A program made the translations under genes and the position numbers. From positions 480,001 through 544,000 of the forward strand of contig CAXWPL010000001.1 in assembly GCA_963666215.2 (NCBI GenBank): DNA of 64,000 nt, read 5' to 3'. Origin of the DNA: Acidobacteriota bacterium (GTDB taxonomy: Bacteria > Acidobacteriota > UBA890 > WLXD01). Positions 10,364-20,444 of this stretch are shown here, in pieces. The notes beneath the pieces were generated by a model. It saw only the letters and a program-made list of their open reading frames with translations, was not told where the DNA came from and did no database searches. Positions within the stretch are counted from its first letter, which is position 1, and every line of letters starts with the position of its first letter.

Positions 10364-11350
10364 CTAGACCCCGCGGAATCCCATGCCCATCTCTGTCGTG
10401 GCGAGCTCCGCCGCGCGCAGAGCCTTTTTCTTTCCGCGTGACGCGCCGAACTGGCCAATCGCCACGCCGGCGAGAATGATCGCTCCGCCGGTGATTTGTG
10501 CCGCCATCGGCACCTCGCCGAGAATCACGAACGCTGCCGCGATGGCCACCAGTGGCGTGAAAGAGCTCGCTAGCGAGATCTGCGAGGTGTCGCAGGTCCG
10601 CAGTCCAGCGAACCAGAGCGTCTGCCCGAGGGCAACAATCAGGGTCCCGTAGAGCAGCATCCAGCGCCACAGCACCGGCGAGAAGATATCCGTGAAGTGC
10701 TGCGCGCCGAACAGAATCATCACGATCGCCGCGAATACGATCGTGCCCACCGCAACTCGCACAGTGGCGAAGATCCCGAGTGGCACATTGCCGAGCTTGG
10801 CCTTCGACAGGATCGTCCCGCAGGCGAAACAAACGGCTCCGGCCAGCGCCAGGATCTCGCCGCGCCCGAGCATCGCGCCAGCCGAGACGTTGTCCATCAC
10901 CGGCTGCAACAGAAGGCTCGCAGCAACACCGACAAGGGCCACGATTGCGCCGGCCGCACCCCAGAGGTTCAAGCGTTCGCCGAGCACGGCAACCCCGAGG
11001 CCGATAACAAGAGGGGGCTCGATGCGCCCGAGAAGCACCACGCTGGTAACCGACGTGAGGTCGAGGGCGGTAAAGATCAGGGCCGGCGCGGCCGCAACCG
11101 ACAGCAGCGTAACGCCGAGCAGCGCGCCCCACTCGCCCGGTGTGATCCGTTGAACCGCGGCACGAGTCCACGATCGCCGGTGCAGCAGAAACATGCAGAC
11201 GAAGGCAATCAGATTGCCCGCGAAAAGCACGTTGCAGAACGAGATCGGGTTGCGGCTGTCAATCAGGCTCAGCTCGCCGATCTCGGTGAGCTTGCGGACC
11301 ACGGAATTTGCGGTCGCCAAGATCGCGACCGCTAGCCAGAGCTTGAGCAC
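10364..11350 (-). CDS. DMT/EamA family transporter
   Basis: ~10 hydrophobic helices, two EamA-like halves (VLGERL, ILGE..QITGGAII). Confidence 0.85.
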   Translation of the reverse strand: MLKLWLAVAILATANSVVRKLTEIGELSLIDSRNPISFCNVLFAGNLIAFVCMFLLHRRSWTRAAVQRITPGEWGALLGVTLLSVAAAPALIFTALDLTSVTSVVLLGRIEPPLVIGLGVAVLGERLNLWGAAGAIVALVGVAASLLLQPVMDNVSAGAMLGRGEILALAGAVCFACGTILSKAKLGNVPLGIFATVRVAVGTIVFAAIVMILFGAQHFTDIFSPVLWRWMLLYGTLIVALGQTLWFAGLRTCDTSQISLASSFTPLVAIAAAFVILGEVPMAAQITGGAIILAGVAIGQFGASRGKKKALRAAELATTEMGMGFRGV

Positions 11351-11506
11351 GCCGTCCTTGTAACACGTGGGGTACCGCGACGATCATGGGCGTCGCGCGA
11401 CTGCCAGCCGGCGCCGCGAGAGAACAACCGGCCATGTGATGCGGCACCCACTGGAATTCGCTCTTGTTATGTGATTTGATTTTGTTTAGTTACTTCGATC
11501 ACATCG

Positions 11507-11857
11507 ATGGAGCAAACGATGGGTAAGGGTGAGCATCTCGGCGAATTCGAGCAGGTGGTGTTACTGGCGATCGCACGCCTCGATGGAGACGCGCACGGAG
11601 CGGCGATCCATGCCGAGATCGAAGCCACGACGGGTCGCGACGTATCGCTGGCGACCGTCTACGTCACCGTCTCGCGACTGGCCGACAAGGGGTATCTGAC
11701 GACCTCGGCGGGCCTGGCGTCAGAGGAGCGTGGTGGACGGGCGCGCAAGATGGTGCGCCTGACCAGCGAGGGACGCCGGCAGCTCCAGGCCGTGCGGCTG
11801 GCGATGGAGAGCCTCTGGGAGGGGGTGGCCTTCGACCCGGTGCGGGGCGGACGGTGA
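11507..11857 (+). CDS. PadR-family transcriptional regulator
   Basis: LGEFEQVVLLAI..HGAAI..SLATVYVTVSRL..ERGGRARK..LTSEG; directly upstream of an ADOP permease. Confidence 0.92.
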   Translation: MEQTMGKGEHLGEFEQVVLLAIARLDGDAHGAAIHAEIEATTGRDVSLATVYVTVSRLADKGYLTTSAGLASEERGGRARKMVRLTSEGRRQLQAVRLAMESLWEGVAFDPVRGGR

Positions 11858-13157
11858 GACGCCCGCCTGCGCTGGCCGTACGCCTTATCGAACGGAGTCT
11901 TCGCGGCGTGGATCGCGAGTTTCTGCTCGGCGACCTGGAGGAGCGCTTCCGGCAGCGCGCCATAGACCGGTCGCCGTTGGCGGCGCGCGCGTGGTACTGG
12001 CGTCAGGCGGTTTCTGCGGCGACGACGCGCGGGCTCGGACGGTCGCGCTACGCGGCCGGAGCGAGAGACACGCTCCAACACCTGTTCGACGATCTACGGT
12101 TCGCGCTCCGCGCTCTCCGCGCGCGACCGCTGGTAACCGCTGTCGCGTCGGTTGCCCTGGCCCTGGGCATCGGCCTCACGGGTGGCGCGTTCGGTATCCT
12201 GCAGGGCACCGTGCTGGCCGGGCTTCCGTTCGAGCGTTCGGAGCGTCTGGTGCACATGGAACGTGCCAACCCCTCGGCCGGGCAGCCATCGCTGGCGGTA
12301 ACGCCCCACGACTACTTGGCATGGAGGCGGCACCAGACCTCGTTCGAGGACTTCGGAGCCTACGTCGAGGCGGTGGCCGTTGTCGAGAGCGACGACGGTC
12401 CCGCGGAGCGCCTCACGGGGGTGTTCCTGAATGCGGCGACGCTTCGGTTGCTGCGCGTTGGCGCCCTACGGGGCCGGGTTTTCGACGAGGCCGACGAGGC
12501 GAGCGACGAGCCGCTGGTACTGCTGTCGCACGCTACCTGGACGAGCAGGTTCGACGCCGACGAGGATCTGATCGGGGCGACGGTTCGATTGAACGGGGCC
12601 GCGCACACGGTGGTCGGGGTTATGGCGCCAGGCTTCGGATTCCCCATCGCCGAGCAGTTCTGGATGCCCCTGCGTATCGACCTGAACGCGGTGGAGCGCG
12701 GCAGTGGAAGGCTGGATGTGTTCGGCCGATTGCGTGACGGCGTGGAGCTCGAGGCTGCGCGTGCGGAGTTTGCTGCACTGGGTAGCTCGCTGGCGAGCGA
12801 GTTCCCGGAGACCAACGAGGGCGTCGAACCGGTGCTGAGCACCTTCCACGACGAATACATCGGCGAGGACTTTTCGGGCTCGGTGCGAGCCTTGCTCGTG
12901 GGCGCGGGGTTCCTCTTGCTGTTGTGCTGCGCCAACGTCGCCAATCTGCTGCTCGTGAAGGGCGCCGAGCGTCGTACCGAGATCGCGGTGCGATCGGCAT
13001 TGGGAGGCACTCGCTTCCGACTCGCCCGCCAGCTTCTTTTCGAGACGGCGCTGCTGGCGGCCCTGGGTGCGGCGATGGGCCTTGGTGTGGCCTCGGCGAT
13101 CATGCGTTGGTTCAACATCGCCGGAGCAGAGGCGGGAGTGTTGCGGCTGCCGCACGG
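11854..13157 (+). pseudogene. ADOP-type ABC permease (MacB/FtsX), 3'-truncated
   Basis: GDLEERF, DLRFALRAL, ALALGIG, CANVANLLL..R.EIAVRSALG; similarity ends ~13157 where an opposite-strand paralog begins. Confidence 0.85.
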
Positions 13158-15002
13158 CTGCTCGGGCCACAGCTGGCTGGCCAGAAGCTCGTCGACGATG
13201 GCCACCGGCGGTCCGCTGTCGGACTCGGTTTCGGCGAGGGTGAAGCCGCGGCCGCTGCGAATCCTCACTCCGAGCGTCTCGAAGTAGTCGACGCCGACAA
13301 TGTTCGATGTTGCCGCGATTGTCTCGATCTCGCCGGCTCCGCCGCCGGCGCTCTGGGGCAAGTCCTCGGAACGCCGAACCCGCTTGCCGCTCGATACGGC
13401 GCCGAATGGCACCGTTGCCGCCAGGCTCGCGGACTCGATTCCGGGAATGCCGCGGAGCCGCTCGTTCAGCCTGCGGTACAGGTCCTGGCTCCGCGGCTCG
13501 TCGTAGCCCACCAGGCCAGGATCGACCTCCGCCAGGAGCCCGTTCTGCGTGCTGAATCCAGGATCGACGTTGGCCGCTCTCAGAGCGCCGCGAATGAAGA
13601 GCCCGGCGGCGGTCAACAGGGCAAGCGAGAGAGCGATCTGGCTCACAACGAGAAGGTTGCGCCCGCCGAACGCACCCCGCCAGCCTCCCTTGGCCAGCTC
13701 TTCGCCGCTGTGGTCCTTGAGATCTCCCATCACGTCGGGCCGCGACTGCCTCCAGGCGGGACCAAATCCGAAGAACAGAGTGCCGAGCACACAGAAAACC
13801 GCCGTCGCCAACAGCACTCGCCCGTCCGGCGTGGAACGGAGAACGATGTCCATCGACAAACTGTTGAGCGCCAGCAGTTCCTGCATCGAGGCGGCCAGCA
13901 GGTTGTTGACCCAGACCGCGATCACCAGGCCAGCAACGCCGCCGAGGGCCGCCAGCAGCAATCCCTCGGTGAGCAGCTGGCGCAGGATCCTTCCCTGCCC
14001 GCCACCAATGGCGGCGCGAATGGCGAACTCCTTGCGTCGCGCCGCGCCGCGCGCCAGGAGCATGTTGGCGAGATTGATGCACGCGATCAGCAGCACGATC
14101 CCGGTCATGCCGAGCAGCAGGACGAAGACGAGCGAAAGCTGACCATCTTCGTCGGCCGGGTCGGTGCTGATCGACAGACGAGAGACCGGGCCCACGATGA
14201 TCGTTTGGTCCTCGTTGATGGACGGAAAAGTCTCGCGCATGCGGGCGGCGAGCACGCCGAGCTGCGCGTCGGCATCTTCTGCCGTCAGGCCCGGGCGCAA
14301 CCGACCTATGAGAAAGAGCGTGTGGTTGTCGCGATCGGCCAGCTTTCCGTCGCCATCGGCGAACGCGGGATTTGTCAGGAGGTCGTGCAAGCCGAGCGGC
14401 AAGTAAATCGACGGCGACAGCAACGCCGTGCAACCGGTGAAATGACGCGGGGCGATACCGACGATGGTCAACGGCTCACCGTTGATGATCAGCGTCTGGC
14501 CAATGAGCTCCGGATCCTGGCCCGATCGTCTCCAGTGCTCGTAGCTGACGACGACGACCGGCACCCCGCTCCCCGGGGCCTCCTCGGCCGCCGTGAAGAA
14601 TCGGCCACGAAACGGGCTCACTCCGAAAGTGTCGAAGTAGTCATGCGAGGCGAGCTCGGCAAAAACGCGGCGGGTCGACTCACCCTCTGTAACCCCGACC
14701 ATGGTCAAGTCGTGGGCCATCAAGCTGGTGAACGTGGTGTTCTGCTCGCGGATGTCCTCGAAGTTCGGATACGAGAAGCTCCGAAAGGAGTCCGGGCGAG
14801 TTGTGTGCTTGCTGAACAGTGCCACCAGCTCGTGCGGAGCCTCCGCCTGAATGGGTCGCAGCAGGAGAGCGTTCGTCAGCGTGAAGATCGACGTGTTGGC
14901 ACCAATTCCGAGCCCCAGAACGGTCACCGCCACCGCTGTGAAGCCGGGGTTCTTCACGAGAACACGGACGGCGTAGCGGAAGTCCTGCCAGACGCTCTCC
15001 AA
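13155..15002 (-). pseudogene. ADOP-type ABC permease (MacB/FtsX), 3'-truncated
   Basis: MESVWQDFRYAVRVLVKNPGFT, LIACINLANMLLAR, LVVSQIALS, DPGF, AIVDELLASQLWP; second FtsX domain missing. Confidence 0.88.
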
Positions 15003-15338
15003 GATGATTCCTCCGAACGGAGTAAAGGGACTGCTTCAGTCGATCGATCGATCGGTAGATAGGTAGGTACTGCTGTTCGCCAGAATGGTTTCGAGAACCA
15101 GACCCCACCCTACTGGAGAACGCGGATGACCTCGGGTTGGTTCGCGCTCCGAGTCGAAAGGTCCCTCGACCGCGACACGGCCAATGATCACCAAAGAACA
15201 CTTTTAAACAGACAAGGACATCCGTGGCGTTCGATACATTCGAATCGTCAGTGTGCCACTAGCGACAACTGCGGCCACAGCGCATCCTGACGCAGCTCAC
15301 CTCCCCGGTTGCTACCCGCAAGTGAGGTCGAGTCGCAG

Positions 15339-16898
15339 ATGAGCCAGCAAAAGAAAACGTTCCTGTTGTCGATCGTTCTAGCCATGTTGGCCACCGGGGT
15401 TGCCGCGCCCCGGCCGGCCATCGCGGCGGACGAGGACGGTCCATCGGCGCCGGCCGAGCTCGCGCTCGAGGTTCTCGAGAGCGGCGCGGTTTCGCTCAGT
15501 TGGATCGATACCTCGAACAACGAGACCGAGTTCCGTGTCTACCGCGCGGCCCATGTTGCCGACGCAAGGGTCACCGACGACTTCGAGCTGATTGCGGAGC
15601 TTCCGGCCAACAGCACCAGCTACACCGATTCCGCAGTGAACGCCAACCTGTCCGGGTACTGCTACCTGGTCAAGGCACGCAACGATCTGGGCACCTCGAG
15701 CGCGGAGGACGGGTGCACCGACCTTGTAGGCGAGAAGCCCGCGCCTCCCGTTGAGCTCCAGGCGGTGGTCAACGACCTCGGCGGCGTCGACCTGAGCTGG
15801 GTCGACCAGGCCGACAACGAAACCGACTACCTCGTCTATCGACGCTTCAACGAAGACGACGACATCAACGCCGACGGCGATTTCGTTGTCATTGCCGAGC
15901 TTCCCGCCAACAGCACCAGCTACACCGATTCGGATGTCGACGCCTCGGTGTTCGTAATCTGCTACCTGGTCAAGGCACGCAACGAGTTCGGCAAATCTCG
16001 CGGCGAAGACGTTTGCACCGAAGGAGGCGAGGGTGAGAAGCCCGCGCGTCCCGTTGAGCTCGAGGCTTTGGTCAACGACCTCGGCGGTGTCGACCTGGGA
16101 TGGGTGGACCAGGCCGACAACGAAACCGGCTACCTCGTCTATCGGAGCCACGACGACGACGGTGACTCCTTCACGGACGACGACTTCGGACTCATCGCCG
16201 AGCTGCCTGCCAACAGCACGGGCTATACCGACCTCGCGGTCAACGCCACCGAGGCCGTCTACTGCTACCTGGTGAAGGCGGTTAACGAGTTCGGCAAGTC
16301 TCGCGCCGAGGACGTCTGCACCGAGGGTGAGAAGCCCGAAGCTCCCGACGACCTCGAGGTTGGTGTGGGAGATCTCGGTGATGTCGAGCTCTCGTGGATT
16401 GACCGGGCCGACGACGAGTTCGCCTACCTCGTCTACCGCGGCGCCGACCACGTCGACGCCAGGGCCACGGACGACGACTTCGACCTCATCGCCACACTCG
16501 ACGCGAACGCCACGAGCTATCACGACTCGAAGGTGAACGCGCTCGAGACCGTGTTCTGCTACCGCGTCACCGCCATGAGCTCATTCGGCGAGTCGCACGG
16601 TGAGAAAGCGTGCACCGGCGTGTTCGACGTGCCCGACCCGCCGAAGGCTGTCAAAGCCAAGCCCGCCGAGGACGCCATCGACCTGCGCTGGAAGGACAGG
16701 TCGGCCAACGAAGACGGCTTCGTGGTGACGATGAAGAAGAAGCGCTTGTGGCCAGAGATCGCCGAGGTTGACGCCTCAGAAACGACACTCACCGTGGGCG
16801 GTCTCAAGGCCGGGCGGAGGTACTGCTTCCGGGTCGCCGCGTTCAACAGTGCTGGAGAATCCAAGGCCAGGAAGCGCTGCGCCAGGGCCGGCAGCTAG
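15339..16898 (+). CDS. Secreted fibronectin type III repeat protein (5 Fn3 domains)
   Basis: Signal peptide; repeated P.P..L..V.LSW.D...NE..Y.VYR..IAELPANSTSYTD..CYLVKA.N; repeats near-identical at DNA level. Confidence 0.9.
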   Translation: MSQQKKTFLLSIVLAMLATGVAAPRPAIAADEDGPSAPAELALEVLESGAVSLSWIDTSNNETEFRVYRAAHVADARVTDDFELIAELPANSTSYTDSAVNANLSGYCYLVKARNDLGTSSAEDGCTDLVGEKPAPPVELQAVVNDLGGVDLSWVDQADNETDYLVYRRFNEDDDINADGDFVVIAELPANSTSYTDSDVDASVFVICYLVKARNEFGKSRGEDVCTEGGEGEKPARPVELEALVNDLGGVDLGWVDQADNETGYLVYRSHDDDGDSFTDDDFGLIAELPANSTGYTDLAVNATEAVYCYLVKAVNEFGKSRAEDVCTEGEKPEAPDDLEVGVGDLGDVELSWIDRADDEFAYLVYRGADHVDARATDDDFDLIATLDANATSYHDSKVNALETVFCYRVTAMSSFGESHGEKACTGVFDVPDPPKAVKAKPAEDAIDLRWKDRSANEDGFVVTMKKKRLWPEIAEVDASETTLTVGGLKAGRRYCFRVAAFNSAGESKARKRCARAGS

Positions 16899-16947
16899 GC
16901 GCCCCTGACCGCCGCCAAAACAAGCGAGGAGCAGCTCACAGCCCTCG

Positions 16948-16990
16948 GAGGGGTCGGACCGGCCGGAGAGGTCGGCCGGCCCCTCTTCTT
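16948..16990. terminator. Putative intrinsic terminator hairpin between convergent genes
   Basis: GAGGGGTCGG..CCGGCCCCTC stem followed by TTCTT. Confidence 0.5.
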
Positions 16991-17032
16991 GGTTTTGTCG
17001 CTGTCGATTCTGCAGAGGATCCCCTGGAACCA

Positions 17033-18430
17033 TCAGCGGATCAAGAAGATCCCGTCGTTGGCAGGCTGGATCCACTCGACACCGTTGCCGGTGACCACCT
17101 GCGGGTTCGAGAAGTTGATGGTGATCGGCCAGCCGGGACGTTCCGGAAGATTTGTGTGAACCGCGAACTCGAAGGCGAAAAGATGGTTCTGGTGAATCTT
17201 GATGTTGTCGCGGTCTCGCCGGAACGGCGCCATCGAAGCTCCCACTGTCACCAAGCCGCCGCCATTGTTGCCCATGGCGTGCAGATCGACGTAGAAACCT
17301 GACTTGTCGGTTCCAGCGAGCGCCTCCTGGATCATGACGTAGTCGTCTTCGTCGACATCGGTGAGCGGCGTGTAGATGTAGTCGGCCGCCTCCATTGCCG
17401 CGATCATGGCGTTGAGCGACTCGCCCGCGGTCATGCCCACGCGCACCTGCTGGCGCAGGATTCCTTGCGCCTTCTTCACCTGATCCCAGGCGTACTGCAG
17501 ACTCGCTGGCACCTCGCGCTCGCCGTCGCGCAGGATGTAGATGTGCGCCTTGGTGTCGGTGCCGAACGACGAGAAACCGAAGTCCATCCAGTCGGACCGG
17601 TCACCAACCGCGAGAAAGTCGCCGGGCTGTATGACGTAGTCGCTGTCGCGAATCCAGGCGCGCGCGCCAGGCGGATTGCGACGCTCCGACACGGCCGAGT
17701 AGTACACGCGGGCGTCGCAATTGCAGCTCCCGATCGTTGTCGCGCCCGGAACGATGGCGGCGATCTTCGCCATGAGGTTCTGGCGTGCGATCTCGAGCGT
17801 GTTGGCCTGCACCACGACCTCGCGAATCGTGCGCCGCGAGCGGAAGTCGGTAATCAGATGCTCAGCCGACACCATGCGCTGTGAGTACTGCGGCCCGAGA
17901 ATGCGCTCGAGCTTGCGGTACTGCGTGTAGGAGATGCCGTCGGCGACCGCCAGCCAGTCGGAGAAGTTCACCGCGATCGTCTGCGGGTCGCGCGCCGCCA
18001 CGAACTCGGCGATCTCGTCGTAGACCGACGGGTCGACGTTGCCGTAGTCGTACCCCTCGATGGCGCGCGATAGCGCCAGCGAGGCCCGCACCTCGATCTT
18101 CGGTACGGCGGGCCTGTCGAACACGCCACCAAAATGCGCCCGCTCGATGCGGTCGCCGAGGTCGGTGAAGATCAGATAGCCGCCGCCCGAGCCGAGCTCG
18201 TACTCCAGCGGATCCGGATCGCCCGCACGAGTCACGTGGATCCACATGTCCACGCCGTTGTCGCGCATCGCGCTCGGCAGGATCATGTCGAGCTTCTCGG
18301 CCCGGATCATGCGCAGCACTTCGGCGGGGTCGGGCCGATACTCGTCTTGCGCGTTGGCCACCGACGGAGCAACCCATATGAGCACTGCAACGATGATCGA
18401 AGGTACGATCCGGCCAGCTGGTTTCTTCAC
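17033..18430 (-). CDS. Secreted M24-like (Xaa-Pro aminopeptidase-like) protein
   Basis: IRAEKLDMILPSAMRDNGVDMWIH, RDPQTIAVNFS, ADGISYT, VIQPGD, H.MG; start approximate (GTG 18430). Confidence 0.7.
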   Translation of the reverse strand: MKKPAGRIVPSIIVAVLIWVAPSVANAQDEYRPDPAEVLRMIRAEKLDMILPSAMRDNGVDMWIHVTRAGDPDPLEYELGSGGGYLIFTDLGDRIERAHFGGVFDRPAVPKIEVRASLALSRAIEGYDYGNVDPSVYDEIAEFVAARDPQTIAVNFSDWLAVADGISYTQYRKLERILGPQYSQRMVSAEHLITDFRSRRTIREVVVQANTLEIARQNLMAKIAAIVPGATTIGSCNCDARVYYSAVSERRNPPGARAWIRDSDYVIQPGDFLAVGDRSDWMDFGFSSFGTDTKAHIYILRDGEREVPASLQYAWDQVKKAQGILRQQVRVGMTAGESLNAMIAAMEAADYIYTPLTDVDEDDYVMIQEALAGTDKSGFYVDLHAMGNNGGGLVTVGASMAPFRRDRDNIKIHQNHLFAFEFAVHTNLPERPGWPITINFSNPQVVTGNGVEWIQPANDGIFLIR

Positions 18431-18574
18431 GATGCTTACGTCTCTTGGGGCGCGATTCGGCTCCGTGACGGTGTCGTGGGACTGTAAGCTGCCCGTGCCG
18501 AAACCTACAGCGCGGGCGTTTCCCGCCGACTGCGATACCTTGCAGCCATCTCGACTACGATCTCGGAGACTGCC

Positions 18575-20245
18575 ATGAGCCTGACCTCGCGCACACTTCG
18601 CACCGTTCGTACGCTCGCAGCATCGATCCTCATGGGCGGAGCGCTGTTGTCGACTCCGATGAGCCCAGCCACCGCCGCACAGTCGGCCGACTACGGCGCC
18701 CTGCTCGAGCTCTTCGAAGACTGGCGCGAGTTCGCCCCGCCGCGGGTCGTCGATGGAGTCCCCGACTACACTGCGGCTGCCATGGCGGCGCAACGACGCG
18801 AGCTCCGGACCTACCGCGCGCGACTCGATGCGTTCGAGCCCGATCTCGCCTCATGGCCTGTGGAGCAGCAGATCGACTGGCACCTCGTGCGCGCCGAGAT
18901 GAACGGCCTCGACTTCGATCACCGTGTTCGTCGGCCATGGGCCAACAACCCGGCCTCCTACGTGATGATCTTCCCGGCGGAGTCGGACGTGCCGGCGCAC
19001 GAAGGCCCGGTGATCCACGGCTGGATCGACACCTGGACCTATGAATACCCGCTATCGCCAGCCGACGCAGCCGAGCTGACTTCGCGCATAGGCGTCATCC
19101 CACCGCTGCTCGAGCAGGCGCGCGGCAACCTCGTGGGCGACGGTCACGACCTGTGGCGCATGAGCATCGGCTCGATGCGCGTCCAGAGCGCCGATCTCGC
19201 GGCATTCGGCGAGCAGGTCGCCGGCACCAGCGACGAGCTCAGCGATGCCGTGCGCGCGGCCATCCTCGCCACCAATCGATTCGCCGAGTGGATCGAGGCC
19301 GAGCTTCCCTCGAAAGACGGCGTCTCCGGCGTCGGCAAAGACAACTACACCTGGACCCTGAAGAACGTCCACCTTGTTCCCTACACCTGGGAGGAAGAGC
19401 TGACGTTGATGCGCCGTGAGCTCTGGCGCGCTCACGCCGCGTTGCGACTCGAGGAAAACCGTAACCGCAACCTGCCCGAGCTGCCGCGCTACCAGAACGC
19501 CGAGGAGTACGACGCTGCTCTCAACACTGCGGTCTCGGAATACATGGAGTTTCTCGAGGACGAGGAAATCCTGAGCATGCGCGACTACATGGACGAGGCG
19601 CTGCGCGAGCGCATCGGCGCCTTCTCGCCGCCATCACGGTCGGACGGGCTACGCGGCTTCTTCGCCGAGGTCAACTACCGCGACGGCGAAGTCATGCGCA
19701 CCCACGGCTACCACTGGTTCGACCTGGCGCGGATGCGCGAGGAACCACACGAAAGCCCGATCCGCCGCGTGCCCGCACTGTTCAACATTTACGACGCGCG
19801 CTCCGAGGGCATGGCAACCGGCGTCGAAGAAATGATGATGCACGCCGGTGGCTTCGACGATAAGCCGCGCGCCCGCGAGCTCATCTGGATCCTTCTGGCA
19901 CAGCGCGCCGCCCGCGCCATCGGTGGCCTCATGCAGCACGGTCAGGAGTGGACACTCCAAGAAGCCACGGAGTTCGCCTCCGAATGGGTGCCGCGCGGTT
20001 GGCTACCCGCCGACGGCGAGACCATCCAGTGGGAGGAGCACTTCTACCTCACCCAGCCCGGCTACGGCACAAGCTACGTCATCGGCAAGATCCAAATCGA
20101 GCAGCTGCTCGCCGAACGAGCCCTCCAGCTGGGCGACCAGTTCACCATCAAGCGCTTCATGGACGAGTTCGCCGCGGTCGGCGTGATCCCGGTCTCGATG
20201 GTTCGCTGGCAGCTGACCGGGCGCGACGACGAAATCAATCGCTAG
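18575..20245 (+). CDS. DUF885-family secreted protein (putative peptidase)
   Basis: Signal peptide; RSEGMATGVEE, RAARA, YLTQPGYGTSYVIGK, LGDQFTIKRFMD. Confidence 0.75.
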   Translation: MSLTSRTLRTVRTLAASILMGGALLSTPMSPATAAQSADYGALLELFEDWREFAPPRVVDGVPDYTAAAMAAQRRELRTYRARLDAFEPDLASWPVEQQIDWHLVRAEMNGLDFDHRVRRPWANNPASYVMIFPAESDVPAHEGPVIHGWIDTWTYEYPLSPADAAELTSRIGVIPPLLEQARGNLVGDGHDLWRMSIGSMRVQSADLAAFGEQVAGTSDELSDAVRAAILATNRFAEWIEAELPSKDGVSGVGKDNYTWTLKNVHLVPYTWEEELTLMRRELWRAHAALRLEENRNRNLPELPRYQNAEEYDAALNTAVSEYMEFLEDEEILSMRDYMDEALRERIGAFSPPSRSDGLRGFFAEVNYRDGEVMRTHGYHWFDLARMREEPHESPIRRVPALFNIYDARSEGMATGVEEMMMHAGGFDDKPRARELIWILLAQRAARAIGGLMQHGQEWTLQEATEFASEWVPRGWLPADGETIQWEEHFYLTQPGYGTSYVIGKIQIEQLLAERALQLGDQFTIKRFMDEFAAVGVIPVSMVRWQLTGRDDEINR

Positions 20246-20444
20246 AAAGAACGTCGAGCTCGTTGTGTCTTCCAAGTAGGCGGAGGATGTTCGCCGCGAG
20301 GGACCGTCGCGGATCGGTTGTCACGATCTCTTCAGAGACCGCGCGACCTCCGCGCCCATGCTGATTCTGGAGATTCAGCCGAAGACTCAATCAGTTACCA
20401 TTCCGGCCGCCCTCAATCCCCGCTCCCTCGCAAGGCATCGAACG

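Noticed and set aside
12466-15062. Long ORFs 12466-14433(-) and 12924-15062(+)
   Set aside because: Off-frame or antisense shadows of the ADOP permeases in GC-rich DNA
15038-15070. GATC/GGTA short tandem runs
   Set aside because: Too short to support a function
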